This document shows positions 19,702-29,849 of a DNA stretch of 59,169 bases, piece by piece. Every line of letters begins with the position of its first letter. Position 1 is the stretch's first letter. Position numbers and translations under genes: made by a program. Source of the DNA: Chitinophagaceae bacterium UBA2793 (GTDB lineage: Bacteria; Bacteroidota; Bacteroidia; Chitinophagales; Chitinophagaceae); assembly GCA_002352045.1 (NCBI GenBank), contig DEHT01000016.1:5265-64433 (forward strand). The letters are read 5' to 3'. Below the pieces are notes generated by a model. That model saw nothing but the letters and a program-made list of their open reading frames with translations. It searched no databases and was not told where the DNA came from.

Positions 19702-22700
19702 TTAGAAATTAAGCGATAAGTTGAATAAAATAGTACGGGTTGTAGGTAACCCTGCATTTTCAAATCCTGTCGCATTAGTATTGGTAGCATAAACCGACTC
19801 AGGGTCTATACCCCTAACATGGCTCTTTATCATCCAAACATTATTACAAGATACTCCAACCCTTGCTTTTTGAATAGGCGTTTTGGATAAAAAGCGAGTT
19901 GGCAACTCGTACGTTAATTGTATGTTTCTCAAACGTACATTGGTAGCATCGTACAAATTAGCTTCAGAAACGCCAAGGTTATTGGCAGTGGCTACTGCTC
20001 TCCAATATTGCTGTTGTGATACTGATTTAGTATTGGCAGTAAAACCACCGCTACCATTAGAAACGACACCAGGTACAACAAAATCGTTTCTTTCACCGCC
20101 CGGTGCAGTTACGGCTGCGGTACCGGCTGCCTGCATGGCTACTTGTGTAGCCGAGAATATTTGGCCACCAAACCTTGCATCTACCTGGAATGAAAAACCA
20201 AATCCTTTATATCCAAAGGTATTGGTTACCCCAAACAAAGCTTTGGCTTGTTGATTACCCAGGCGTACAATTTCCGGATCACGAGTTGGCAAACCATCGG
20301 CATTCAAAATGATTTTACCAAAGTCGGCACTGTTGGGGTCTTTCACTCTATTGAACCTTGTTCCATATATTTCACCATATTTTTGGCCGGTTACGGCTAA
20401 AATAGAAACATCATCAAATCCACCCAAGCCATACTTGGTTACACCTTGATATAAATCTTCAATGGTATTGTTATTGGTAGAATAGTTAACTCCAATATTC
20501 CAGTTTAAAGAATTGGGATTGGTAAGAATTTTGCCATCCAACATTATCTCAACACCAGTGTTTTGAATATCACCTGCATTAATTTTCCTGGCAGAATAGC
20601 CACTTTGAGGATCCATAGGAAGGTCAATCAACTGATGAGTAGCATTTGTTTTATACCATGATACATCCAGTCCTAAACGACTATCTAAGAATCTTAATTC
20701 GGTACCTACTTCAAAAGATTTAATTAATTCGCTCTGAACATTTGGATCAAGCAATACCGGTGGCCTTGATGCCGTGGTATTACCATTTGGATCTTTACCG
20801 ATACCATATACATTGTATAGTTGGTATGCAGGTAAATCATTACCCACTTGTGCATAAGATGCTCTCAATTTACCATAGTTAAACCAGTTGGGAAGTTTTG
20901 TACCCATGTTAGCCATCATGTCGGTAAATACATAAGAAAGACTAAGTGAGGGATAGAAGAAAGAACGATTGGTTTTACTTAAAGCAGATGACCAGTCGTT
21001 TCTGAAAGTTGCATCCAGGTACAAATAGCCATCATAATTCAACTGCACACTTCCGTACAATGAATTAATTTTTTTCTCATTTAATCCTTCACCTACTGTT
21101 GGATTACTAACGCCATTATTCAAAGAGAATAAATTGGGCACTACCAATACACCTGAGTTGGAGTTAATAGAAGAAAATTTTTGGTGCATTAAGTTTCCAC
21201 CCACCGTTACAGCACCACCAATCTTGCCAAACAAATAATCTTTTTTAGCAGAAATTAAGGAGCTATAGTTGGTTTCAGAAAAAGTTTGTTTACCCACAGC
21301 ATATCTACCGGTAGGCGTTAAAGGACTTCCAGCATATACTTTTGCATTGGTATTGGTGGTATAAAGATCGCCACCGGCTTTTACTTCTGCATTTAACCAA
21401 CTTGTGAAACTATATTTCAAAGACCCTGTCATTATGATACGATCTCTTGAGTCTTCGTTGAGATTATACTTATTGCTCCAATATGGATTCACCTGGCTTC
21501 CTGCACCCTGGAACCATTTCATGCTGCCATCTGGATTTAATGGATTGCTATAGGTACGAATATCAATAGATCTTGGCATCATATATAATACAAATGCACT
21601 ACTGTTATCTCTACCGCCTACTGGCCTGTTGTTACCAATAGCATTGCTGTATTGAATTTTGGTATCGGTGGTCCAACGGTCGTCTTTACCAAATTTTGAA
21701 ATTGCTCTTGCCGACAAGTTGGTACGGGTTAATTTAATACCCGGTACCATTCCCTTATCTTCTAAGCGGGTAAATGAAGTATAAACCGATGTTTGTTTAT
21801 ACTGTTGTTGTAAAGAAAGGCTATAGTTTTGGGTAATACCATTCTCCATATAGTTTGCAACATTATCAAAGGTTTGACCTTTTGTGCCCCAACTTGTTTG
21901 TGCATCGGGTACCGCTACACCATCCATTCCCTGTCCAAATGAATTTTGAATATCGGGATTGGTGAAAATACTTTCAACACCAATGGTTGATGATAGATTA
22001 ATGCCAAGGCCTTTTTGTTTTTTGCCCGACTTGGTAGTAATTAAAATTACACCATTACCTGCTCTTGAGCCATACAAAGCTGCCGCTGAGGGGCCTTTAA
22101 GAATAGAAAGGCTCTCAATATCTTCCGGATTAATATCGGCCATACCATTACCCATATCTAAAGAACGATTCCAGTAACCATTATCCGGGGCTCCGGTAAA
22201 GTTGTCGATAGGAATACCATCTACCACAATTAAGGGTTGATTGCTTCCGGTTAAAGAGTTACTACCTCTTAAAATAATTTTTGAAGAACCGGCAGGGCCA
22301 TCGCTTGAGCGAACTACCTGTAAACCTGCCACTTTACCGGAAAGGGTATTAGCAAGGTTAGGTTCATTTGCCGACACGAGGGTTTCGCCTTTTACTTCCT
22401 GAACGGCATAACCCAAGGATTTCTTTTGGCGTTTAATACCAAGTGCTGTTACTACTACTCCCGATATTTCTTTAGTGGCTGTAGCCAACTCCACACTGGC
22501 TAACCCACTATTATCGGTAAGAAACTCTTTGGTATCAAACCCTACGGAACTAATTTCCAATGTAGCGCCTTCGGCTACAGAAATTTTAAAGACACCTTTC
22601 AAATCAGTAGTAGTTTGATTGGTGGTTCCTTTTTCTTTAATAGTTGCAGCTACTACCGGATTACCTTCAGCATCCTTAACAGTACCTGTAACTTGTCTTT

Positions 22701-22776
22701 TTCCCTGTGCACTTACATTTAAGAAGCACAGCATTGCCAGGCATCCCAGCAACAAGCGAATAAGCAGACCTTTCAT
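19702..22776 (-). CDS. SusC/RagA-family TonB-dependent outer-membrane transporter
   Basis: 1024 aa with a signal peptide, a carboxypeptidase-regulatory-like N-domain (VTGTVKDAEGNPVVAATI), a plug (ILKGPSAAALYGSRAGNGVILITTK) and a C-terminal aromatic residue (...LSLNF). Confidence 0.95.
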   Translation of the reverse strand: MKGLLIRLLLGCLAMLCFLNVSAQGKRQVTGTVKDAEGNPVVAATIKEKGTTNQTTTDLKGVFKISVAEGATLEISSVGFDTKEFLTDNSGLASVELATATKEISGVVVTALGIKRQKKSLGYAVQEVKGETLVSANEPNLANTLSGKVAGLQVVRSSDGPAGSSKIILRGSNSLTGSNQPLIVVDGIPIDNFTGAPDNGYWNRSLDMGNGMADINPEDIESLSILKGPSAAALYGSRAGNGVILITTKSGKKQKGLGINLSSTIGVESIFTNPDIQNSFGQGMDGVAVPDAQTSWGTKGQTFDNVANYMENGITQNYSLSLQQQYKQTSVYTSFTRLEDKGMVPGIKLTRTNLSARAISKFGKDDRWTTDTKIQYSNAIGNNRPVGGRDNSSAFVLYMMPRSIDIRTYSNPLNPDGSMKWFQGAGSQVNPYWSNKYNLNEDSRDRIIMTGSLKYSFTSWLNAEVKAGGDLYTTNTNAKVYAGSPLTPTGRYAVGKQTFSETNYSSLISAKKDYLFGKIGGAVTVGGNLMHQKFSSINSNSGVLVVPNLFSLNNGVSNPTVGEGLNEKKINSLYGSVQLNYDGYLYLDATFRNDWSSALSKTNRSFFYPSLSLSYVFTDMMANMGTKLPNWFNYGKLRASYAQVGNDLPAYQLYNVYGIGKDPNGNTTASRPPVLLDPNVQSELIKSFEVGTELRFLDSRLGLDVSWYKTNATHQLIDLPMDPQSGYSARKINAGDIQNTGVEIMLDGKILTNPNSLNWNIGVNYSTNNNTIEDLYQGVTKYGLGGFDDVSILAVTGQKYGEIYGTRFNRVKDPNSADFGKIILNADGLPTRDPEIVRLGNQQAKALFGVTNTFGYKGFGFSFQVDARFGGQIFSATQVAMQAAGTAAVTAPGGERNDFVVPGVVSNGSGGFTANTKSVSQQQYWRAVATANNLGVSEANLYDATNVRLRNIQLTYELPTRFLSKTPIQKARVGVSCNNVWMIKSHVRGIDPESVYATNTNATGFENAGLPTTRTILFNLSLNF

Positions 22777-22848
22777 TGCAGTTTTGATTTAATGTTAAAA
22801 AATTAAGTTCGATTTTGGTACTATAAGTTTTAGTTTAAATAGGTACAA

Positions 22849-24060
22849 TTATGCTCTTTCTTTTATTTTATTTTTAATGATAATCATTTCATCGAGATGT
22901 TCCATTACCAAAGCAGCTGCTCCAATAAGCTCTGCCTGATAACCCAATGTTGAAATTTCAATATCGGTGTCCTGTGCCAACTTAGGAATACAATATTCAT
23001 TTATTGCCTGCTGTATGGGTGTAAGCCAGAGTTTCCCGGCAGCCGACCCACGACCACTTAATATTATCAACTCGGGGTTGAGCAAATGGATAAGTATAGC
23101 CACTCCCCGCCCTATAAAATATCCGGCTTCAGATATAAGCTCTACCGAAAACTTATCTCCTTTTACTGCAGCTTCCATTATGGCTTCTGAAGAATGTTCT
23201 AAATGCTCAATGGATATATTCTTTAAAATTGTTTGTTCTCCTTGTTGAATTCCTTTTATCGCTTTTTCAACCATTACCAATAAGGATGCTTCTGTTTCGA
23301 GACAGCCGCTTTTCCCACACGTACACATTTTATTGCTCTCACAAATAGACATGTGGCTAAACTCACCGGCAAATCCATTATTCCCTCTAAATAATTTTCC
23401 TTCTAATATCATTCCTAACCCAATACCCCAACCTACATTAACCACCATTGTATTTTGCCTTCCTTTTGCAGCACCAAATCTTAATTCCGATAGTGCTATT
23501 AATGTAGAATCATTGTCTATCCAAACGGGAATACCTACTGCATTAGAAATAACATCCACTATGCTTTTATCCTTTTCTGTTATAAGGCAGGAATGATTAA
23601 TCCCTTTTACAACATCTACAAAACCAGGCATACCTATTCCAATTCCAACAACCTTACTGGTTTGCACACCCGAAGAAATTAAATAGTTATTAATTGAATC
23701 GGTTAATTGAATCAGGGCTTTTGAATTATTTATGAGAGATAGCTCTATTTTCTTTACCTCACTTATATACTTATTGTGTATATCCATTAATACTATCCTT
23801 GTCATCTTTTGATCCATAGATACACCAAGGATATACATTTGATCTTCTTTAAGAGAATACATTAATGGACGGCGGCCTCCGGTTGAACTGGCAAAGCCTG
23901 TTTCAACAACTATAGATTCTTCAATTAACTCATATAAAATTTTTGTAGTAAGCGGTAAACTTTTTCCTGTAAACAGACTTAAATCGGCACAGGAAAGTTC
24001 TTTATTAAAATAAAGATGTTTTATAATAGCTCTTTTATATGAGGCTTGTTTGGCTCGCAA
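22849..24060 (-). CDS. ROK-family transcriptional regulator
   Basis: N-terminal wHTH, a sugar-kinase-like fold (GIGMPGFVD) and the ROK zinc motif CTCGKSGC. The only start upstream of the HTH is a TTG at 24060; there is no in-frame ATG there. Confidence 0.8.
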   Translation of the reverse strand: MRAKQASYKRAIIKHLYFNKELSCADLSLFTGKSLPLTTKILYELIEESIVVETGFASSTGGRRPLMYSLKEDQMYILGVSMDQKMTRIVLMDIHNKYISEVKKIELSLINNSKALIQLTDSINNYLISSGVQTSKVVGIGIGMPGFVDVVKGINHSCLITEKDKSIVDVISNAVGIPVWIDNDSTLIALSELRFGAAKGRQNTMVVNVGWGIGLGMILEGKLFRGNNGFAGEFSHMSICESNKMCTCGKSGCLETEASLLVMVEKAIKGIQQGEQTILKNISIEHLEHSSEAIMEAAVKGDKFSVELISEAGYFIGRGVAILIHLLNPELIILSGRGSAAGKLWLTPIQQAINEYCIPKLAQDTDIEISTLGYQAELIGAAALVMEHLDEMIIIKNKIKERA

Positions 24061-24405
24061 AATGTTGCAAAATTTTAACTAAGATATATTAAGTTTTTAA
24101 AAAAATTAAAAAGTAGTTGTATTTTTTTAAAATTAAATAGGAAGTGGCTGCAATTTATTGCAACTTTTTAATCACTCTACATTTTATTAACATATTTTAA
24201 AAAAATATGTGTTTCTTTTTCAATGAGTTAAAAAACTGTTTGCCGGCAAAAGCAACAATCATTTAAAATAAATAGTTGCTATTTGCTTCAATCTTTTGTG
24301 CTACAAATAATAGCTTTCTTTAAACTTAATTTATTGAACTGGAATGCCGGTTTATGTAGAGATGTTTGCTTGGGGCGGCAGGCTTTCCTTTAGTAGGTGA
24401 AAAAA

Positions 24406-25014
24406 TTATTTCCAGTTATTAATCTTTAGAACTTCGCCACATTTATTATATTCTTCCGGTACATTGCTGCTTATGATGATAAGCCGATGGCTAAGTTGGG
24501 AGGCTAAAAGCATTTGATAAAGCGTAATGCCCTCTGCATCTAAATTGCTGGTAGGTTCGTCTAACAAAAGCACTTCCGATTTACTGAAAAAAGCTTGTGC
24601 AAGCTTTAACCTTTGTTTCATTCCGCTACTGAAGTACCTTATTTGTTTGTGTGCAGCAGCATGTAACTGTACCGCAGAAAGTGCTTCGTTGATAGGTAAT
24701 GTTAAGGGTTTAAAGTGATGATGAAATTGTAGGAATTCTGTTGCAGTCATTTCTTCAATTAAATCAAGATAAGGAGCAGCAATAGCTATGTGATTATAAA
24801 ATGTATCTACAGCTTCCCCGTTTGCCTTGCTGTAAACAATGTTTCCTTCGTTATGAAGGATGGCTCCGGCAATAACTTGTAATAGTGTTGATTTTCCGGA
24901 ACCATTAGGGCCGGTAATGGCGTAAGATTGGTTGGGTTTAAATTCAAAAGAACAAGAACGGAAAATCCATTCCCGGTTGAATCGTTTGCCTGCATTTTGC
25001 AAACTAATTTTCAT
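24406..25014 (-). CDS. ABC transporter ATP-binding protein
   Basis: Walker A GPNGSGKST, signature SSGMKQRL, Walker B LLLDEP. It overlaps the lpxA stop by 11 nt. Confidence 0.85.
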   Translation of the reverse strand: MKISLQNAGKRFNREWIFRSCSFEFKPNQSYAITGPNGSGKSTLLQVIAGAILHNEGNIVYSKANGEAVDTFYNHIAIAAPYLDLIEEMTATEFLQFHHHFKPLTLPINEALSAVQLHAAAHKQIRYFSSGMKQRLKLAQAFFSKSEVLLLDEPTSNLDAEGITLYQMLLASQLSHRLIIISSNVPEEYNKCGEVLKINNWK

Positions 25015-25801
25015 CTATCTCTCCTTTCACAAAAGTTTTGATAATACCCCTCTTGCTTTCTTTGATAAAGGAAAGAATGGTATTTCTTTCTTCACTTTCG
25101 GGCATTTGTTGTTCTACCAAATTCAATGCCTGAGAAATATTAACCCCTTTATTGTAGATATACCGATATGCTTCGTGAATTAAATTAATGGTTTCGGAGC
25201 TGTACTGCCTACGTTGTAAGCCTACCGCATTCACACCTGCATAACTAAGTGGGTTGCGCCCAGCTTTTATAAAGGGGGGCACATCTTTCATTATCATTGA
25301 GTTGCCGGAAATATAAGTGTGCATACCAATTTTTATAAACTGGGCTGCTGCTGATAAACCGCCAATGGTAGCATAGTTTCCAATTTCTACATGCCCTGCT
25401 ATTTGAACTGCATTGGCGAGTATAACATTGTTACCTACAGTACAGTCGTGAGCTATATGGGCGTATGCCATTATAAGGCAATTACTACCAATAACAGTTT
25501 TCCATTTATCCTGCGTACCACGGTTAATGGTTACACATTCTCTAATGCAGGTATTGTCGCCTATTTCAACGGTTGTTTTTTCGCCAATAAATTTTAAATC
25601 TTGCGGAATTCCGCCTAGCACAGCTCCCGGAAACACCTGGCAATTTTTGCCAATAGTAGTTCCACTCATTACTACTGCACCACTCATTATATGCGTATCG
25701 TCGCCTATACGCACATCGTTGTGAATTACTGCAAACGGATCTACCGTTACATTGCTGCCTAAAATTGCTTGTGGATGAATATGCGCCAGAGGACTTATCA
25801 T
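25004..25801 (-). CDS. lpxA: Acyl-ACP--UDP-GlcNAc O-acyltransferase
   Basis: Left-handed beta-helix hexapeptide repeats plus a helical C-terminal domain. The 265 aa length and position after lpxC-fabZ fit. Confidence 0.9.
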   Translation of the reverse strand: MISPLAHIHPQAILGSNVTVDPFAVIHNDVRIGDDTHIMSGAVVMSGTTIGKNCQVFPGAVLGGIPQDLKFIGEKTTVEIGDNTCIRECVTINRGTQDKWKTVIGSNCLIMAYAHIAHDCTVGNNVILANAVQIAGHVEIGNYATIGGLSAAAQFIKIGMHTYISGNSMIMKDVPPFIKAGRNPLSYAGVNAVGLQRRQYSSETINLIHEAYRYIYNKGVNISQALNLVEQQMPESEERNTILSFIKESKRGIIKTFVKGEIDEN

Positions 25802-25804
25802 AAA

Positions 25805-27223
25805 TTAATCTTTCGGTCTTTTTACTATTTGTGCTACCAATACGGCTTCCGTCACCAATTTATCGCCAATAAAAATAGTGCCTTTCATTTCACAAATACC
25901 TCTTCTGATGGGTGCTATTAACTCCATTTTTAAAACAAGGGTGTCGCCGGGCACTACTTTTTGTTTGAACTTGCAGTTCTCAATTTTCAAAAAGTAGGTA
26001 TCGTATTTATCATCGGTATCTTTTGGTATAGCCAAAATGCCACCTGCCTGTGCAAGGGCTTCTACCTGAAGAACGCCGGGCATTACACAGTTTCCGGGAA
26101 AATGTCCCTGAAAGAAAGGTTCATTGTAAGTAACATTTTTTATAGCAACCACATGGTTGTCGGTTAGCTCCATTATTTTGTCAACCAGCAAAAATGGATA
26201 CCTATGTGGGAGTATATTTTCTATTTGATGTATATCAAACTGGGGTGCTTTAGCAGGGTCGTACTTTGGCACTTCTGCTTTTAGGCGATTCTTTTTAATA
26301 TGCTCTTTAATTTTTTTTGCAAACGCCACATTGCTGGCATGCCCGGGCCGGTTGGCAATTATATGGCCTTTAAAAGGATAGCCTACTAAGGCAAGGTCTC
26401 CTACCACATCTAATAACTTATGGCGGGCGGGCTCGTTGGGATAGCGAAGTTCCAGGTTATTTAAAATTCCTTCGGAGTTTACTTTTACATCTTGTTTTTT
26501 AAACACTTTAGACAGGCGTTTTACCTGCTCATCGGTTACCGGCCTATCTACCACTACAATGGCATTATTGATATCGCCACCCTTTATTAGGTTGTGCTCT
26601 AGTAATGCTTCCAGCTCATGAAAAAAACTAAAAGTTCTGCTGGATGCTATTTCTGTATTGAATTCAGTAATATTTTTTATGGCAGCGTGTTGTGTACCCA
26701 AAACCGGAGAGTTAAAGTCAATTAAAGTATTGATGCGATACTCGTGGTAAGGCAGGGCCACCATTTCTACCTTTTTATTTTCGTCAACATAAGTGATGTT
26801 ATGTTGAATTTCGTAATAAATTTTTTCAGTATCCTGTTGTTGTTTGCCTGTTTGCAATAAAGCATCTACATAAGGTTGACTGCTGCCGTCTAAAATGGGT
26901 ACTTCTTCACCGTTTATTTCAATTAAAACATTATCAATACCGGTACCTACCAATGCTGCCATTAGATGCTCAACTGTACTTACCCTTGCTCCTTTTACAT
27001 CTAAAGTGGTACTGCGATTGGTTTCAATTACATTGTCAACATCGGCTTTGATGATTGTTTTTTCGGGAAGATCTACTCTTTGAAAATTGATGCCTGTGTT
27101 TGGATCGGCTGGTTTTAAGCGCATGGTTACTGCCTGACCGGTATGTATGCCTGCGCCGGAAATTTCAAGCTCCTGTTTAATGGTATGCTGATAATGCTTT
27201 TCTGTTCCGTTATTAAAATCCAT
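25805..27223 (-). CDS. lpxC/fabZ: Bifunctional UDP-3-O-acyl-GlcNAc deacetylase / 3-hydroxyacyl-ACP dehydratase (LpxC-FabZ fusion)
   Basis: An N-terminal LpxC-like ~300 aa is fused to a C-terminal FabZ hot-dog domain (FFQGHFPGNCVMPGVLQVEALAQ). This fusion is characteristic of Bacteroidota. Confidence 0.9.
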   Translation of the reverse strand: MDFNNGTEKHYQHTIKQELEISGAGIHTGQAVTMRLKPADPNTGINFQRVDLPEKTIIKADVDNVIETNRSTTLDVKGARVSTVEHLMAALVGTGIDNVLIEINGEEVPILDGSSQPYVDALLQTGKQQQDTEKIYYEIQHNITYVDENKKVEMVALPYHEYRINTLIDFNSPVLGTQHAAIKNITEFNTEIASSRTFSFFHELEALLEHNLIKGGDINNAIVVVDRPVTDEQVKRLSKVFKKQDVKVNSEGILNNLELRYPNEPARHKLLDVVGDLALVGYPFKGHIIANRPGHASNVAFAKKIKEHIKKNRLKAEVPKYDPAKAPQFDIHQIENILPHRYPFLLVDKIMELTDNHVVAIKNVTYNEPFFQGHFPGNCVMPGVLQVEALAQAGGILAIPKDTDDKYDTYFLKIENCKFKQKVVPGDTLVLKMELIAPIRRGICEMKGTIFIGDKLVTEAVLVAQIVKRPKD

Positions 27224-27374
27224 AGCTGCAAAAGTAGGAAATCGGTTTTACAGTTCAACAGGTATAAGCGTAAAGGTTAAAGGTTTTTTCAACCAAAAAA
27301 CTACCTTGTGTTTCTAAAGAAGCTATAAGTAAGATGCTTGAAAATCCTTTTTATTCAAGCCGAACACCTTGGCC

Positions 27375-28412
27375 TTATACATTCAAGGTTTTGAGTAATT
27401 TTTCCAGCTCTGATACTCTTCTTTCCAAATCGGGGAGATTTCTATTGAGTGCCTGGCTTCGCAGTGCAGCGGTGTAGTCATGTGCGGGCGAACCTGTAAC
27501 GGCAGTATTGGGCGTTTTTATAGATTTACTTACGCCGCTTTGTGCATTTATTTTGGAACCATCGGCAATATGCAGATGTCCAACTATACCGGCTTGTCCA
27601 CCAATCATAACATTGTTGCCAATTTTAGTACTGCCGCTTACGCCTGCCTGTGCTGCAATTACAGAATTGTGGCCAACTTCTACATTATGGGCCACCTGAA
27701 TGAGGTTGTCGAGCTTTGCCCCGGCTTTTATTACAGTAGATCCAATAGTAGCCCTGTCTATAGTTGCATTGGCTCCTATTTCTACATTGTCTTCAATAAC
27801 CACATTGCCAATTTGTGGTACTTTTTTAAATGTTCCGTCGGCCTGTGGTGCAAAACCAAAGCCATCGCTGCCAATGACGGTACCGGCATGTACCGTTACA
27901 TTTTTCCCCAACACACAATCTCTTAAAATTTTTACACCCGGGTGAATGATACAGTTGTCTGCAATAGTTACTCCATTGCCTATAAAGCAATTTGGAAATA
28001 CTTTTACATTGTTACCCAGTTTTACTTGCTCACCCAGGTAGGTAAATGCTCCTATAAATACATTCTCACCGAGGCTGGCAGTTTTGTGAATATATGAGGG
28101 ATCTTCAATTCCGTTCATTTGCTGCGTACGCAATTGCTGATAGGTATCTAATAAACTGGCAAAAGCGCTATAAGCATCTTTTACTCTTAGCAAAGTGGCA
28201 TCTACAGGTTTTTCCAGGTGAAGACTTTCATTAATAATAATAACAGAAGCTTTTGTGCAGTACAAATACTCTTCGTATTTAGGGTTGGCTAAAAATGCCA
28301 ATTGCCCTTGCCGGGCTTCTTCTATTTTACCAAAAGACGATACCGAAACAGTACCATCTCCTTCGATGGTTGCATTAATTATTGTGGCAATTTGTGCCGC
28401 AGTGAATTGCAT
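27375..28412 (-). CDS. lpxD: UDP-3-O-acylglucosamine N-acyltransferase
   Basis: An N-terminal uridine-binding region is followed by a long hexapeptide-repeat beta-helix and a C-terminal coiled helix. Confidence 0.9.
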   Translation of the reverse strand: MQFTAAQIATIINATIEGDGTVSVSSFGKIEEARQGQLAFLANPKYEEYLYCTKASVIIINESLHLEKPVDATLLRVKDAYSAFASLLDTYQQLRTQQMNGIEDPSYIHKTASLGENVFIGAFTYLGEQVKLGNNVKVFPNCFIGNGVTIADNCIIHPGVKILRDCVLGKNVTVHAGTVIGSDGFGFAPQADGTFKKVPQIGNVVIEDNVEIGANATIDRATIGSTVIKAGAKLDNLIQVAHNVEVGHNSVIAAQAGVSGSTKIGNNVMIGGQAGIVGHLHIADGSKINAQSGVSKSIKTPNTAVTGSPAHDYTAALRSQALNRNLPDLERRVSELEKLLKTLNV

Positions 28413-28464
28413 GTTTTTTTTACTTTTTACTGTTAGCCGCTAACTGTTATTTTCCTTATAAAAC

Positions 28465-28490
28465 ATTAACCATTTTGAAAAATGGTTAAT
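28465..28490 (-). terminator. Perfect 12-bp palindromic hairpin downstream of the HD-domain gene
   Basis: ATTAACCATTTT-ga-AAAATGGTTAAT lies 17 nt after the stop at 28507. It is AT-rich and may act in both directions. Confidence 0.5.
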
Positions 28491-28506
28491 CAAGTAAAAC
28501 TAATAG

Positions 28507-29688
28507 CTATCGTAAGTAACAAATGTAATATTTTTTAATCTTGTGTTGCATGTTTTCGTTAATCAATGCATGATCAACTTCTGAAATATCCTTCACTTTT
28601 CCATCTTTGAACCAAATAAATATATGTTCGTTTTCAAAATTATAGGTGCTGCTGCTGGCTTCGCCTGTAAAAACAAGCCATTGGGCATCTTCAATACTTA
28701 TTGACAATCTATTTGCTATTTCCGTTGCTTTTTCTGCAACTATGGTGCCATCAAAAGGATGAGCAGCGTATTTAACTTTTAGTAGTACCCTGTCAATTAT
28801 TCCCCTACAAAGTATGGCCAATACTTTATCGGGGTGATGGCTCCAGTGCTTAATGGCAACCAGCACATCATAATCGTCTATACTGCAAAACTGTTCCAGG
28901 CTTACATTTTCCAATGGTAGGTTTATAAAGCTATTCAAAGGTTCGTGGCAGGTTGCCCCTATTTGTTTGGCTCTTTTAATAATGCGGCGTAGCATTTGCT
29001 CGGCACTTACAACTGTTTTATGCAGGTACACCTGCCAATACATTAACCTTCGTGCTACCAAAAACTTTTCAATTGAGTAAATGCCTTTCTCTTCTATCAT
29101 TAACTCGCCATTATGAACGGTGAGCATTTTTAAAATTCTATCGTACCCAATGGCACCTTCAATTACCCCTGTAAAAAAACTATCACGGGTTAAATAATCC
29201 ATTCTATCCACATCTAACTGGCCACTTACCAATTGATGCAAAAACTTTTTAGAATAGGCATTGGTAAAAATATCAATGGCCATTTGCAACTTTCCATCAA
29301 ATTGCTTGTTGAGGTCTTTGATAATGAGTAGCGAAATGTCTTCATGGTGCATTCCTTCGGCAAGTACATGTTCCAATGCATGAGAAAAGGGCCCGTGGCC
29401 AATATCGTGAAGCAGTATGGCAATTTTTGCAGCTTGTTGTTCTTCGGCAGTAATTTCAATAGCCTTGCTACATAGCTCCTGCAAAGCAAGCCTCATTAAA
29501 TGGTAAGCTCCCAAAGAGTGATGCAACCTGGTATGCACAGCACCCGGATAAACCAAATGTGCCATGGCCATTTGATGTATTCTTCGAAGGCGCTGGTAAT
29601 ATGGATGAGCAATTAATTGAAGTATAAGTTCATCATCAATTGTGATAAAGCCATAAACCGGATCGTTGATAATTTTATGAAAACGCAT
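28507..29688 (-). CDS. HD-domain metal-dependent phosphohydrolase (COG1078 / SAMHD1-like family)
   Basis: HD motifs are ...HSLGAY... and LLHDIGHGPFSH. The N-terminus DPVYGFITI is typical of this family. Confidence 0.8.
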   Translation of the reverse strand: MRFHKIINDPVYGFITIDDELILQLIAHPYYQRLRRIHQMAMAHLVYPGAVHTRLHHSLGAYHLMRLALQELCSKAIEITAEEQQAAKIAILLHDIGHGPFSHALEHVLAEGMHHEDISLLIIKDLNKQFDGKLQMAIDIFTNAYSKKFLHQLVSGQLDVDRMDYLTRDSFFTGVIEGAIGYDRILKMLTVHNGELMIEEKGIYSIEKFLVARRLMYWQVYLHKTVVSAEQMLRRIIKRAKQIGATCHEPLNSFINLPLENVSLEQFCSIDDYDVLVAIKHWSHHPDKVLAILCRGIIDRVLLKVKYAAHPFDGTIVAEKATEIANRLSISIEDAQWLVFTGEASSSTYNFENEHIFIWFKDGKVKDISEVDHALINENMQHKIKKYYICYLR

Positions 29689-29849
29689 GAAGCATTAAAT
29701 CTATTATTGTTAAATCTAATTAAAAGTGAAACAAAGCTAAGGATGACAAATTTAAAAAGGTAAATTTGTTAGATACTGTTTTCTCGTTTTTCGTTGGGCG
29801 TTGGATATGATGTACTAATCAATTAAACTGCAGAACCATTAATAAACAT

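Noticed and set aside
27480-27945. Overlapping + strand ORFs (148, 63 and 81 aa) and apparent periodicity inside lpxD, with similar ORFs in lpxA at 25391-25724
   Set aside because: The periodicity reflects the hexapeptide (left-handed beta-helix) repeats of the acyltransferases on the - strand. The antisense ORFs are artefacts of that repeat.
28507-29688. HD phosphohydrolase as a possible dNTP-depleting anti-phage enzyme
   Set aside because: It occupies the conserved position directly upstream of lpxD in one co-directional block. Nothing suggests an accessory status. Its dNTPase activity was not established from the sequence.
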